Assembly: GCA_023213395.1 (NCBI GenBank)
Contig: CM041465.1
Coordinates: forward strand, 107,453,741-107,517,740
Length of the DNA stretch: 64,000 nucleotides
Source: Cycas panzhihuaensis
Taxonomy: Eukaryota > Plantae > Cycadophyta
Direction: 5' to 3'
In this document: piece after piece, positions 11,000 through 25,264 of the stretch
How the letters are laid out: each line of letters starts with the position of its first letter
How positions within the stretch are numbered: the stretch's first letter is position 1
Program-made: the position numbers and the translations under genes
Notes under the pieces: model-generated
Told to the model about the DNA's origin: nothing
The model's database searches: none
What the model saw: only the letters and a program-made list of their open reading frames with translations

Positions 11000-13410
11000 T
11001 TGTTTTTTTTAATAAGTAAAAATAGATATCATTGAATTATAAGCTCAAATACAATATAAGGAGCTAGAGAGCCCAGAGATTAAATTGGTATACTTGCTCA
11101 ATCTTTAATATGCATAGTACTTAAGATAGCAAAATTTGAATATAATTTTTTTTAGCTTTTTGTGAAGTGAGAATTGTGAGATACCCATAGCAAAATGTCT
11201 TTCTTTATATGTCCAAAAGTTTGATTAAAAGACAGGACTATTTTTAAAAATAAGTTATGCAAATTTTTTAAATTTTATGCAAAATAGTCTTAAGAAGAAG
11301 AAACCAAAGGTCTATCAAGTGCCGACGAGTCACAAACTAAACATAAGTCATAGCCTAACTCCCTTTGATTAACTAAGAATGAAAAGACAAGTGGCCATTA
11401 TAAATTTTAGTGAAGCTTTGGTCCAAATTGAAGATATGAAAAGTAATATACCAAATGTTTTGGAGTGTAGACAATGCTACTAGATGTGATCGAAACTATT
11501 GTTCTGAACACTGCATACTACACAGTACTATTGACGACTCACATTTCATTGATCTTAAGTATCCTATAAGATAAAAGCCTTATGCAAGATCCTTTAGTGA
11601 AATACATTATATTTGGGTTGAGCTTGTTTCTACCATATCCATCAATATTCAACTTGAGGCTAAGCATGACGAAATTATTGATTATGTAACAAGTAATAAA
11701 ATTCTGTGGACTTGAACACACAACCCCTAGATAGAAACCTTAATCCTTCCTTATTCTCTAAGTCCTTTGAGGCAATTAGAGGATCAACTTGCTACATAAA
11801 AGAATTAAGTTTATTTGTCATCTGTAGAAGTAAAGGTTTGGGCTGAGGGTTGGGCTCTATTAAGAGTTCAACAAAATTCTTCTAATAGAACTAATCAAAA
11901 TCATAGAATTAGACCATAGTAAACTAATTGTGAGAGCTGAAGAATTGAACTAAAGGAGTGAAATCCTCATGACTGACTAAAGGGGAGAACCTTGGAGGTA
12001 ACCACTTATCATTCCAAAAATTGACTTGATAGCCAGTTGAACTAAGAAAAAATATAGTATTGTAGTAGATGTTATCCCAAGATGCCACTATATGATTCTA
12101 AATAGAAGATCCTTTGTTGAGATAGTAGTAGCAAGATGATGTTTAGCAGAATGTATAAAATAATACTTCCTCCTAATAATGTGGGTCCATTTGCCATTCT
12201 CTCTGTTCCATAGGTCCCATAACTATTTAACACCTCTCACCTTGCCATGCTAAAAGGGTCTTTGACACTAAGGCCATCTCAACCCTTATGATTCGACACC
12301 ATGCTCCATTTCACTGGGTGAAAGGTCTTCAAGTTAGTTGACCATGGTTTCTAAAGAAATCTTATAAAATGACTTCATATCAGTGATAATACAACTTTAG
12401 GAGCTTAAATAACGGATATAAGATAGTTTGGTATTTAGGAAAGGATTGATTCTATTAAACTCTGACGACTTGCTAGATTAAGGGATCTAGTAGGCTAAGT
12501 ATCTAGATTCTTTTTATTATTCAAAATTAGGGGCACCAGTCAGAAATTTTTAATCTTGACATGTCCATAGGGATGACTAAGTATGCGAAAATAATGGATC
12601 TGAGAGCAATAGGAATGCTAAGAGATGACGTCAAATTAGATTACATCCTTATGTCTACTTCATTGAAAATAATACTAGATTTACTTTGATTAATTATCAT
12701 CCCTACTACAAAGCCAAAAACACTAAGCACTTAGCTCCAGACATTAATTTCTATATGCAAAGGGTGGCCCAACAAAATGGTATCATTTGTGAAAATCTAG
12801 TGTGTTATGGTCTTTGATCCATCAATAAACGTTTCTTAGAGAAGACCTATTGATTAGAGCCATAAAAGAAGAGAAGAGATGTCTTCCATTTTAATTACAA
12901 AAAGATAAGGCAATAAGGGGCAACCTTGGTAAATGCCTCTATTTGTATAGATAAGGCTATGAAGTGAGCCATTAATTTTTATAGTCATTGAAACTGAAGA
13001 GATCATGGCTTTAATCTAGTTAATATGGTCTGATTGAAAGCCCTTTTGGAAAATAATGATAAGAAGAAAATCCTATTCCACTATGTCATAGGCTTTATTG
13101 ATGTCCAATTTGAGTAAAGTAACTTGTTGTGTTTTTGTACAAATAGTATGGAAATCCTCAACGGTCATACTTATACTACTTGCTATACAATAACCTCTTA
13201 TAAAGGTAGTTTGATTTTTATTAACAACCTGAGGAAGGAACTCTTTGAGCCGATTTGCTAGAATTTTGGTTATTATCCTATATGAAGTGTTATAAAGGCT
13301 TATAGGTCTCTATTGGTGGATGGTGGATGGAGTACCACTTTTTAGGATTAAAGAAACCATGGTTGCATTGATAATTGGGTTCATTCTATATATTTGAAGT
13401 TTATGACTAT
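11000..13410 (-). mobile_element. Degenerate 5'-truncated L1-type LINE (ORF2 RT plus RNase H-like domain), unit 1 copy
   Basis: Minus-strand motifs RPISLYN...ITKILANRLK (~13250-13310), KLDINKAYD (~13085-13111), GIYQGCPLLPYLF, and LKLNIDG (RNase H-like, ORF 11539-11721). A T-run near 11000 is a possible poly(A) tail. Confidence 0.85.
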
Positions 13411-13418
13411 GTAAGTAT

Positions 13419-13881
13419 CGTTAAACATATGTAAATATTCATCAGTTATTGTAAAGTTATTAGAAGGTTTATAAGTTCTTATATATGATATAATTGGATG
13501 AGGTAAGGTGCAATATTATTGATTCACAATGAAGTAACATATTTTATAAAATGGCAAAGCATATTCATAAATAGTTATATAGACACCTAGTTTTTCTAGG
13601 TAGATATTAGTGTGATCTCATCATGAGCTTCTTTGATCATCAAGATTATCATGAATATCATTTGATATTAATAAGACCCCATACATGTTAGAAAATAATT
13701 TTTTCCATAAAGGTTTTTCACTAATGCATATTTCAATATTAATTGCTTAATTAATATTTTATTATTCATTATTAATAATTATTATATCAATATTTTACCT
13801 AATCCATGATCCTATAATATATATATTTTCAAATGTGTTATTAGAATGATTTTGGTCCATTTCTTAACATGGTATCAAAGC
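13419..13881 (+). mobile_element. Decayed LTR plus tRNA-iMet PBS (unit 1 copy)
   Basis: ...TTAACA at 13864-13869 is directly followed by TGGTATCAAAGC (13870-13881). The putative start cGTTAA at 13419 is next to where LINE homology ends. Confidence 0.5.
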
Positions 13882-16439
13882 TATGTTAGTGTGATCCTAT
13901 GATAATTTCTTGATTGTTTTCTATATTGAAATTTTTAAAAAATGAACTAATTTATTTATAATCGATTATTTAGTTATGATCATAATGATGAACCTATTAA
14001 CAAAAATGTTGATTGAAATATGTACTAAAAATGAGAGAAAGGTTAATTGATTACATTTAAAAAAAATGATTGATGTTATATGATTAATCTATTTTATGTA
14101 ATTATTGATCAACTCTATATCTAATATATGAAGCAAAACAGGTTATAATTAAGATTTGTAGGCCCTGTAAAAACATATTTTTATGTTTAGTGTCAATTTC
14201 ATGCGCAATATTGATATCAAGGTTTAATGCTCTTTTTCTTTTATAAACTATATTTATATATCAAGATAAAATAATTATTCTTAATACACAGGCATACATA
14301 AGCATTGCAATGTATATTCTAAATTATATTACCCGCATCAATAACAATCAAATAATTAAAAAAATAGTCAAAATTATTTTTAGACTATTCACACTTATAT
14401 AGTTTATCATATAAAAATACAAAAGTGTGGCAATGTTCTAATATTTGTGTGTTATTATTTACTACTTTCTTAGTAAATTATTATCACCCATTTGAAATAT
14501 TATTTCTGTTATATGACTACATCTTATTAGCGAAATAGAGCACTAGTAAGTGGTAAACCACGAGGCTGTTAAGTATTAATGTCAACCATTAAACTTTGTA
14601 CACAGGTTATTAAGATCTCTAATGAAATAGAAGGCTATTTAGCCCATTAATAAAATTATTTGGAGAAAGACCTTATTTTGTCTATTTAAGAATCATGGAT
14701 TGTAGTAAGAGGTTATTGTGTATTTTTCTCCCTTGATATATTATACTTTGATACTCCTTTTGGTGTCCCTTTAGTATCCATTGAGTCCATTATAAGTTTA
14801 TTTTATAATCTAATTCATAATTTAATAAAATGTTACCTTTGCTCTCTTTATTTTTTATTATCATTTCAATGTGTGAGGAGAATTATTGCAAAGACACACC
14901 TTGGTATTAAAGCAAGATGCCAAATCTAGTTAAAATAGCCAACATATCAAATGAAGCAGTAGAAAAAGGAAAAAATATTACTTTTTCTTAGTGAATCTCG
15001 TGAAACCCTTCTTTTCTATTCATTTTGTTCTGTTATGGTCTTGAATGGTCAAATGTAAGTGGGTAATGGAAGTCAAGTCTCACTCATTCCTTCCCCTAGT
15101 GGTTAGGTAGAGACCTTATGCCAAGGGTCTTTAAACTTTACGAGGATCTATTTCTCTAGGCTAAGCATGCATGGGTATACATTTGTATGTGAAGCAAAGT
15201 AGATCATATGTTTATATAAGTCTTGGATAAAATTCAGCTATGAAATTAAGCCTCCACATGCCTTTAGGTATATCAAAGGAGCCTTATAGTTTCTCTTGCT
15301 ATCTTATACTAGGAAAATTTATTGGCTATGTAAACTCTATAATGTACAGATTAATGGTTAGCATTAGGAAACTACCCTTCACAAATACCCTGACATGATT
15401 GTTAACCTTATAGGGATGAATATTCCTCTATAGGTAATACCATGAGATATTAGGCCAAGTAACTATAATAACAAGGAAGTTTATCAAAGGGCTTATAAAG
15501 CGAAGGAAACATTTATTAGAGTTTGGTAAGTTTCATAATTACCTTGAGCACAAAATAGCAGTGCTTGAGATTACTACAAATTACTGGTAAATAATTCCAA
15601 AAGTGTTGTCTCAAGTTAATCACCTACAAGACTATTAAGTGTTCCTCAAAATAAATCCACTATTAAGCAACTAATAAAATATAAATAAATACAACTCTAA
15701 AAGGAACAAACATTGATACAGATAACAGAATACTCTAAGCAAGATATAACATTGAAATTCCTATCTAAACCTTCAACACAATTCAAATCTATATTTAGTC
15801 AGTCTCTTTGTTCATTAATCTAGAACCTTCTATTATTTATTTAAAGAAAAAGGAAAAAGATTGAGCTATAACTAGTTTATAGGATCACACTAGTCAATAC
15901 TTCTCTGATTTAGATGAAACCTACACCATTAGACTCATCATAAAATAAAATAAAATAAAATAAAGATTTAAATAAAAAAATAATGAGACTATGGCTAAAA
16001 AATTAGCATAAAAATTCATACATTTTATTTCGATTAGCGTGTTATATTAATCAATTTTTACTAAATCAATTTTAGTTGTTAGTTTCAAGGAAATTAACCT
16101 ATAAGCACCCTATGGGCCCCACTGGCCAAAATATTTGCTTAAAACTTACCTACACCATTTCAACGAGCCATGTATGCTCATTTTAGTGCATTAGGTGATA
16201 TTTTTACTTAATTTTTGGGGTTAATAAGATATAAACACCCTACACCCCTCTTCTCCCTTTCCCCTTTTAGTAGGAATACTCTAATTCTTTAAAGCCCATT
16301 CTCTTTATCCATCCCTATTTCATTGAATCCATTTTATCTTACTTCTCCCATTCCCTATATCTCCTTCTTCTTACTAGTCCATTTCCTTGAAAGCCCCTTA
16401 TACCTTTATAATGGCTCCTCCTACTCAAGTAGATAGATC

Positions 16440-17450
16440 CTCACTTTGGAAATAAGCTTCATGGATTTCCAACAAGAGGTAAGAATTGAAATATCTAATC
16501 TTATGACAAGGGCTGATAACTCTAACACTGGCATAATCCATCTCTAATACTATAAGGTTATCAAATCTAGCAAGTAACCCTCCATTATTAAATCAAGTAA
16601 GTAACCCTCCACCAAATTAGGTAGGTAATCCACCTCCACATCCATAACATCTCGATTAGAAGATCAATGTTTTGACTTTTAACCTTGATCTTAACAAGGA
16701 AAGTGCTCAAAGTTAGATTAGCAAGTTAGAGTCCTATTTTATTCTCAATCTAATGTTCGAGGAAGATCAGATAACTTATGCATCCATCCATATGGATAGA
16801 AAAGTGTATTATTGATTTCATTAGTAGAAACCAGAATACCCTTCAAAATAGACATTGGTATATTTTACTAATAATTCCTTTGAATTGTATGAGGATACCT
16901 AGAATTAATCATTCTTTACCTAGCTTATAATGCTGAAGTAAGTATCATTAGTGAAAATATATATAGACAAATTTTAAACATTACAAATCATACCATTCAA
17001 TATTTAGATAAATAAGCCATTATTGATGCCTACATTATAAGACTAAAAGAGCACATCTAAATACACCTTAAAACATTATCTTTACCTAATTTAAAAGATC
17101 CCATTAAAATAGCTAAAGTAGTAGAGGTAGAATTTGCATTAGAAAGAACAAGTTCCTCTTGAAGGAACCTTGGAATGTAACTTTCCCAACTCTTTTCCCA
17201 TACAAAAAAAATGATAATGGAAAATAAACAAGAAATATACCTCTTATATTAATCTTAGGAACTAATTACAGAAGTTAAGTACACTAAAGAGTACCAAATA
17301 GACATAAAAGAAAACTAAAGTGTACGAAAGTATAATTCTCATGAGAGAAGATAATTATACAACGACCTTCTCCTATAATGTGTGACCCTTAAATAGACAT
17401 AAAAGGGACATTTTTCTACAATACCATTAGTGGGATAAATAGCCTTTTAT
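16440..17450 (+). mobile_element. Degenerate Ty3/gypsy gag remnant (unit 1 copy)
   Basis: Read-through at ~16700-16830 gives ESAQS*ISKLESYFILNLMFEEDQITYASIHMDRKVYY*FH**, resembling gypsy Gag (WIxKLExYF...YAxLHLxGxAxxWW). Confidence 0.6.
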
Positions 17451-17569
17451 TTCATTGGTGACCTTAATAGCCCATACATAAAAGTTAATAACTAACACTT
17501 AATCTCTTAGTGCCTTAACTATTAGTGCTAGTATCCTAGTTGTACTGACTGTATATGGTCATGAAATAG

Positions 17570-20500
17570 GTTCCTTCCTTTGAGATGATGGGTCCCCAAA
17601 GTAAAGAAGGTCTAGATGTTATTTGATAAAATCCACTAATTCCTAGATATCCCCATCTAATTTAAAATTGGCCCACTATACCAAATATCTAGAAATTATC
17701 ATGTTTCAAAGATAACATTTCCTATTGGCCAAGATACATTCTGGGGAAATAATAAGAGTTTTTTTTTTTAATCTAAGATTTGAAGAATTATTTATGGGGT
17801 CATGCCCTTGCTAAGATATTTCTTGAGATAGGAAACATGGAAAATATTATAAATCCTTGTATTCAATGTGAGTTCCAAAGTATATGCCACTTGACCAACA
17901 TACCATATGACTTTATAAGGGCCATAGTAGAAAGGATTAAGCTTGTGGTTCCTATGATGTTTAAGAGATTATTACTTATATAGTTGAAGATGTAGGAATA
18001 CAATATCACTAATAGCAAAAGAGTGATTTGAACAATGGTGGTCTACTAATTACTTTAGTCAATTCTAGATGATATCTAAATTATGATTAAAGGTGTTTAA
18101 AAATTAGTTTATATATTATAACTTTTGTTGTATGGCAGTAGTACAAAGTTTAGTGGCTAACATATGGTATGATAGTGGAGGGTAACTATAAAGGGCTATG
18201 AATGGGAACATCCCTTTGGCTAAGTGGTGAGAGGAATTGTACAGGTATTTTATAAGGGCTACCCATGATGACCATTTTGTCTGGTGGTCAGATGTAAAAT
18301 AACATAAGTGAGACTTTAGTATTTTGTTAAGAACTTTCAATTATCTATATATTTATGCACGATAGGTAAAACTCATATTAAATAATATGCCTAAGTCTTA
18401 AAAGAGTTCTTATAAAAAAGAACAAGTGAACTTGGCATCTTAATCACACAGGATGGTTAATGAAAATCCATACAAATAGAAGACCATTTAGAGTTGTAGA
18501 TTTTCAATACACAATGCTTTATATGAAGTATGAATGAGAAAAAAATGTGCATATTTTATTAAGTAGTCAATGACTACTAATATGGAGTCATACCCAATAG
18601 GAAATGGTAGGCCTATAATGAAATCCATGGCAATATCTTGATCCTTTCCTTGTGGAATATGAAGTGGTTGTAAGAGACCTAATTGAGCTTTAGTATTAGC
18701 TTTGTTACGTTAACATGTATTGTATTCTAAAATAAACATGAGAATGGATGATTTTATATATAGCAAGAAGAAGTCAGAAAAAAATTATTAGTATATTTTA
18801 TCAAATCTTAAATGGCCTACTAATAGAGTTAAGTCATACTCCAATAAGATTTAATGGATAAAGTTTGAGGCTAGTTAGATAAATATATAATTTTTATATA
18901 AAAGGAGGTTGCTTTGTATGGACCAATTCTTTTGAGTGTAAACTTTATTGGCCTATTTGGCATAGCTAGGCCATATACCCATATTTGACGGGATATGGAG
19001 ATGGCATGAATAAAAGAATCATATGAAAGAATGAGGGAAGGATGACTTAAGAGATGAGAAAGGGCATCTGCCACTACATTGTTTTGACCTTTCTTATATG
19101 TGATCATGAAGTCAAAAACTTGGAGGTACTCAATCCACTTGGCTCATTCTTCTAATAGAATTAGTTAGTGTAATAAGTGATGAAGGCTATGGTGATTGAT
19201 TAAGATAGTAAAATTTGATTCAGTAAGATAATGACATAAATTTTTAGTGGCATGGAGAATAATAATTATTTCTTTTTAGTATATAGTCAACTTACATTCA
19301 TAGTATTTAAGCTTTCACCTTTTAAAAGTAATTGGATGTAGATTTTATATAAGTATTGCACTTAAAATAAAGCTTAATATGTCACACTCTAGTTGGAATG
19401 GATAAGAGAAGTCTAGTGTGACTAAGACTAGAGTGGAATACATGACTTCTTTAAGATCATTAAAGGCATCATTAGCAACAGGTAACCATTGGAAAGAATC
19501 TTTTTGAAGTAAATTAGTTAATAGAGCTACTAAGGTTACATAATTTTAGACAAACCACTTATAAAATATAGTAAGTCCTAAGAAAGCGTACAATTGGATG
19601 AGGCTTTATGGGGTTGTCTAATTCATAATAATTGATATTTTGTTAGGACTGACCTGAACACCTTCTGTAGAGATAATGTGGTTGAGGTATTATAATTCAG
19701 ACTTATCGAACTCACATTTAAAGAGATCAATGTATAGTTGATGTTTGATCAAAATTTTTAAGGCTATTTCTAAATGTCGAGTGTGAATAGCCATATCATC
19801 AAAGAAAACAATAAAAAATTTCCTAAGGTATGGGGTAAACACCTTGTTTATCAGAGATTAAAAAGTAGCTAAAACATTGTATAGGTCAAAAGGCATGACA
19901 TAAAATTTAAAATGGTTGTGGTTTGTTCAAAAAGTAGTTTTATATCAATTTTCAAGTATAATGGGGATTCGATAGTATTGTGATTAAAGTTCTAATTTGA
20001 TAGAAAGTTTGGCACCATGAATTTCATCTAATATGTCATCAATTCTTAAAGTGAGAGACTTATCTTTTATGGTTATTTTATTAAGCTCAAAATAATTAAC
20101 ATAAAGCCTAATCACCCATCCTTTTTCTAAACTAATATAATAGGGGCAACACATGGACTTTTATTAGGTTGGATTATGCCTATTTCCATTAGTTCATTGT
20201 TATTTTTTTTTTTTTTAGCATTTTTAAAAAAATATGAATTTCTATAGGGTCAAAGACTAATAGGATCATCATGATTTTTTAGCTTAATGATGTGGTGTTA
20301 TCTATGATCTGGTGGGGGGTTAGCTGATAAGGAGGCAAAAATGGCTTAATATTTATTAAGAATGTATTGTATATCTAGATGAACGTCCATGTAGGCTTAG
20401 ATATTATTGATTCATGTAATATAGCCTACTTAGTTACTCAGTTATTTACATATACAATTTGGTAAAAGTAGTTTATTAGGGAGAGGTTATATCCCATGGA

Positions 20501-20720
20501 GTTTATAGGTTTGTCCTATATGCTCCTTAAATAGAATGAAAGGATTGATATGAGAGTTATTCATGTTATATGTTCTAAAGATTTAGAGTCACTTAACTCT
20601 AAGAATAACATCTAGTCCACTAATAAGGCATAAAAATTAGAGACCAACCTATAGGTACTAATTTAGATAGTGAGGTTCTTGATTATATTAGTTCCTCTTG
20701 TCTTAGAGTCAACCACCTAC
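17570..20720 (-). mobile_element. Degenerate chromovirus-type Ty3/gypsy pol (PR, RT, RH, INT, chromodomain), unit 1 copy
   Basis: Integrase fragment VLNKILKSHLCYFTSDHQTKWSSW (18116-18340), RNase H end ITYKKGQNNVVADALS (18871-19107), RT ELNKITIKDK. Chromodomain remnant PECILANRKCYL*NMIISRYLV*WANFKLDGDI*E at ~17635-17750. PPT-like purine tract at ~17570-17585. Confidence 0.85.
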
Positions 20721-20849
20721 TAGATCTATGTGAAAAGGAACTAATGGTAGTGTGTCTCAAGGGTAGAGCTTTTAACCAACCTCTAAGAAAAAGTCTCTTT
20801 ATTTGTGTACTTGAATGACGATGAAAAAATTATCCTAGCTTACAAATTA

Positions 20850-21450
20850 ATCTACTTTATACATGTATAACAAAAATAAACTAAAATCGAATCAAGTCGA
20901 AGCACTCAAATCAAACAAGTTAAATAAAAGTCTCCTTTACTTTAAGGAGATGATAAGTAACATTCCAACAAATAGAGGAATTGTTCGGGGTTCTTACCCT
21001 GAAATAAATATCCTAAAATTTTCCTATTATTACCTAAAACATCCTCTTAAGGATGAAATTCTAACCTTGACCTCTATTCCCACAAAAATAGGAGTAATCT
21101 ACATTGCACTAGCTATAGAAAAGAAGGAGTAATAAGTGTAAGGACTCAAGAGAGATTAGACCTTGGATTAATGACCTTATTAGGAGTAAGCCACTAGGAA
21201 CTCCCTCACTTAGTGATGATCCATCTATGAGGATGAATAGCCTAAGAATACATATGTCTAACTTTAGTGGGTTCCTATACTTAGAGGTGAAGGAAAAAGG
21301 AAGAAGCCACTCTTAACCTAAAGAAAAATAGTAAGCCACTTACTTTAGTATTCAAAACACAACTAGAAAGAAAATAATCTTAAGGAAGGAGTAGTTTGTA
21401 TGTTAGATATGTCAAGTCCTAATCGATTAAAAAACTCTTAGTAATAAGAA
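20850..21450 (+). repeat. Dispersed retroelement-derived repeat; direct copy at ~46150-46750 and diverged inverted relative at ~56550-57130
   Basis: gatgatccatctatgaggatga...tacttagaggtgaa...ccactcttaa aligns with the reverse complement of ~56660-56800. Confidence 0.6.
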
Positions 21451-24400
21451 GTGCTTATCTCTAATAGAAGACAAGTTTGTATACCAGGGATGCTAAGTCT
21501 TGAGTGATTAAATTTGTCTTCACCATAGAGACAAAATTTACCCTAGGGGGACCAAATAATGTCAAACTATACCTATGTACAAGTCTAGGATGTAATTTCA
21601 AGTTGAATACAAATAACAAAAGCTCTTAGTGCCCTCTTTGATGTGGGTTAAGATTTAAAATCTATATTGGAAGTATACAATAGATGATTATTATAAAACA
21701 CAATATTTAAAATTTGATTTTACTCTTTAATAATTAGTCTATCAATTATTCGAGCAATTTCAAATTTATATATCTTTTCCTTTTAAGTTTTCTTTTTAAT
21801 GATCTACTAGTTGATGGGAAACTTGAACTGTAATCTCTTACTTAGTGACACTTTCTCTTATAAATCATGTCTTTAAACCAAATTTATCATCACTTGGAAA
21901 TACTCTTTTGTGAATTTTAGAACCATATATATTACTACCCAAACTATACCTACTCCTCTATTCTTCTTTCATTCATATCATATGCTCATATTATCTTCAG
22001 AAGTAATATAGTTGGGTTCTATATCAATGTAAATCATTATAAAATAAATGTTATATCATGTGAAGTGTTAGCATAAAAATCTATTACCTTACCATTAAAT
22101 CACAAAATAAACTAACTACTTATTCTAAAAATATAAAATGGTTTATCCGAACACTAAGTGGAGTACGAAATAAACTTTTACCTCACAAGGATAAACAATT
22201 AAATAAAAGCGATGCACCCTCATACCTTGCAAAGCATAAAATAACTTCCATATTATACAGGCTAAATAATAAACAAAATGAAATAAACTATATTAGTACA
22301 AACTATAAAGAGAAGTAAAGAAGATAAGGAAAAGATAAAGAAGATTGTTGATAATCTGCCATAAGAAGGTAGAAGCATATAACGTGATGATAATCACCTC
22401 AAGATTGGGTCCTTACATTATGTGAGAGATATATATAAGAAATGAGGAGTAAGATGATGATGTGAAATGATAAGGATGAGGAGTGAGATTAAGGGACATA
22501 AGCATATGAGGGAATATATGTAGCATAAAAATTAAAGGGTAATGAGCGAAAAAGATGGTATGTGTTTAGGATAAGACTAGGATTAATATATGAAATATTA
22601 GTGGGAGTATAGGGGGTATGAGGTCAAAAAGGCATTAAGTATTTTATTATATAGATAAGAGACAAGGATATAGGAAATGGAAATTAAAGTGTGGGTATTA
22701 GATGGTAATGTTGGAGTGAGGTACATGTGATATTAAGATATGACATATGTGTAAAATCAATAAGAGAAGGATAAAGAACAAGGGATATATTACATGAAGG
22801 GTATTCTATAGGACAAAAAATAGGAAGAGATACGTGGGAAGTGATAATTATGGAGGGTAGGGACAAAGGGGATTAATAGTAAGGCTAGGGAGTAAGAAAT
22901 GTTGAAGGTAGCTAGAAAGATAAGGGATGTGAGATAGAGGAAATGATAAAGGGTAAGAAGGATGTATTTCATGAGAAATCCTAAGGAATAATGCATGTGA
23001 GGTTTTCATAAGGAGATGAATAAGGAATGAAGGAAATGTATTCTTTATTAGAAACAGATTATGATGGAAGCATATAGAAGAGATATTTAGGAGAAATATA
23101 AGATGCCACCCTTGCCCCAAGCTCTAATCATTCAACACAATTTCCAACATATTTTTCATTAATAGTAATGGTTAACCTTAGATGGAATAAACACATATAT
23201 ACGTGTTGGTTTGGTTATCACACCTACTAAATTATACTAATACCCAAGTGGGTTTATTAAAGAGAAACTAGACACAAGTGCCATGGCTTCAGGTTCCCCG
23301 TGAATTCCTTATTTAGTCACATCATGTGTTTATCTTTGATTTGTTTCCTTCTAAGTATTTTAACCACATTTTATTAGTGGATTTATTATTCACATCATTT
23401 ACAGTACATATGCTCTTAGCCCTTGAGATGTTTTTTTGTACATATCACATGTACATAGGCCTCTGGCATCGAATATCATGAAGAATCACATTGTAAGATA
23501 TAAAAATATATCAAACTATGTCTTACACACCTAATGGGGCCTTTTACTAGCTCCCATTTATAATAACAAATGATTACATCTCAATATAAAATAAAGCATA
23601 AGAACATAAAATATATCATGACATATACACCATGGGTATCAAGTACAATGTTATACATAAACTCCTCAAAGGATCCCATTGCCATTGCTATTATGTCATA
23701 ACCCAAGGGGAGGTCATTGGTGATATTTGTGGGCAATACTTAAAAATGAATGGCAATGATTTATTGATATCGTATGGAAAAACACAATATGACTTCAATA
23801 GTATGAGAAAATCCTTTAGCACCCAAAAAAATGCTAATCGCTAACTATCTAATTCTTGTCGACACGTGTAAGGTTCTCTGCGTGTCATGGTAATAAGGCA
23901 TTCTACTATTTTTAACATGTGGTTTACCATGTGGTGGCTTAGTTGTTAAGTGTATGGTTTTAATGGCATAATGTAATATTTAATGTAATTTAATTTAAAG
24001 TGGGGCATTGATTTGAGCTAAGATAACTTGACCTCGATTTTCTACTAAATACACGTATTGCAATAACAAATGTTGGTGAGATAATCACCTCTTCACCTTC
24101 ACATGTTATGATCATAATTTTATTTCTAGTCTTCTTTGAAAAAAAATGATGAGAAGGATCTTTCAGTAAAGCTACAATTACAATTATAAAACATAGCGAT
24201 CACACATCAAATAAATCTTTGGTAATAAAAATGGATTTGAATAAAATTAGAGTTTCCAATGTGTATTGTGGAGTGGGAGTTGAGGGGAGGACCAAAAAAA
24301 AAAACCATAAGGAAAGAAAGACTTACTCATCAACACCAAATTTAAAAAAAAACAAGAAAAAACTCCCTTACCTACTAAAGACCAAACAAAGGTGAAACCA

Positions 24401-25072
24401 TCTCCTCGGCAACCGTTGACAAAGTCGTTGTTGGTGGTATTAGGAACCATTTTATTTAGAATGTTCACTTTAATTGGACACGGCCGTTCTTAATAGTTAG
24501 AAAGTTCGGGGAGAGGGCTCATTTATGACTCACATGTCTTAAGTAAACGGCTCTACATTTAATTTAATTAATTTATTTACTTTTCACCTTTTGTGTTGCA
24601 AGCGGGGAATCGGACTTAGTGCCTTTAGTATGATAACCACACTTGGTGTTATATGGTAGCTGTTTATTGTACTACTTACTATGGAGCCCCGTGTTTAATA
24701 AGCTTTGCCACCCTTGGGTGCCAATGGATCGAGCACCGTCTTGTACCGATACCATCGCATGTGGTATGGCATAAGCTTGTAAATATCACATGGTTAGGAT
24801 CGAAACAAGTTGTCAAGTAGACGGAGATCGCTGGAACACAAGAATGCAAAAAGTGGTGCGGCATACACAATTCCTAATTCAGTTCTTCTCTTTAGATTTT
24901 TTTAATTCAAGTGAGAGTTCGAATTTCAATCCCGTGGACACACAAAGTCAATAGAAGAAGCTTTTACCGTGGAAACCAAATGCTAGGAAAGTTATTAATT
25001 AATTCAATTAAACGGATTGAGAGTTTGGCATCCCATTTCGTTGAAGCTCACTTAACTAATTTAATCATAACT

Positions 25073-25143
25073 CCGCGTCATGGGATCGACGAATGACGAA
25101 AAAGAAGATGTTGGACGTTGACTGGAATTTTTGAGCTATAAAA
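25073..25143 (+). promoter_or_regulatory. Proximal promoter of PME copy 1
   Basis: TATAAAA at 25137-25143, ~125 bp upstream of the ATG. W-box TTGACT at 25118-25123, TGACG motifs, and CCGCGT at 25073-25078. Confidence 0.55.
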
Positions 25144-25264
25144 CTCCATAGTCGACTAATGAACGTCCTCGATATTCAGTGTAGGCCAATTGCCTGCGAG
25201 AAGAAATTATTTTTGGGCTTAGGTTGGAACAGATCAGGAAGGAAGGAGAAGATTAGCTACTATA

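Noticed and set aside
20863-24870. Small ORFs conserved in both units (for example 20863/46163, 23632/48941, 24247/49556)
   Set aside because: Their conservation only reflects the recent duplication; the composition is that of AT-rich non-coding DNA.
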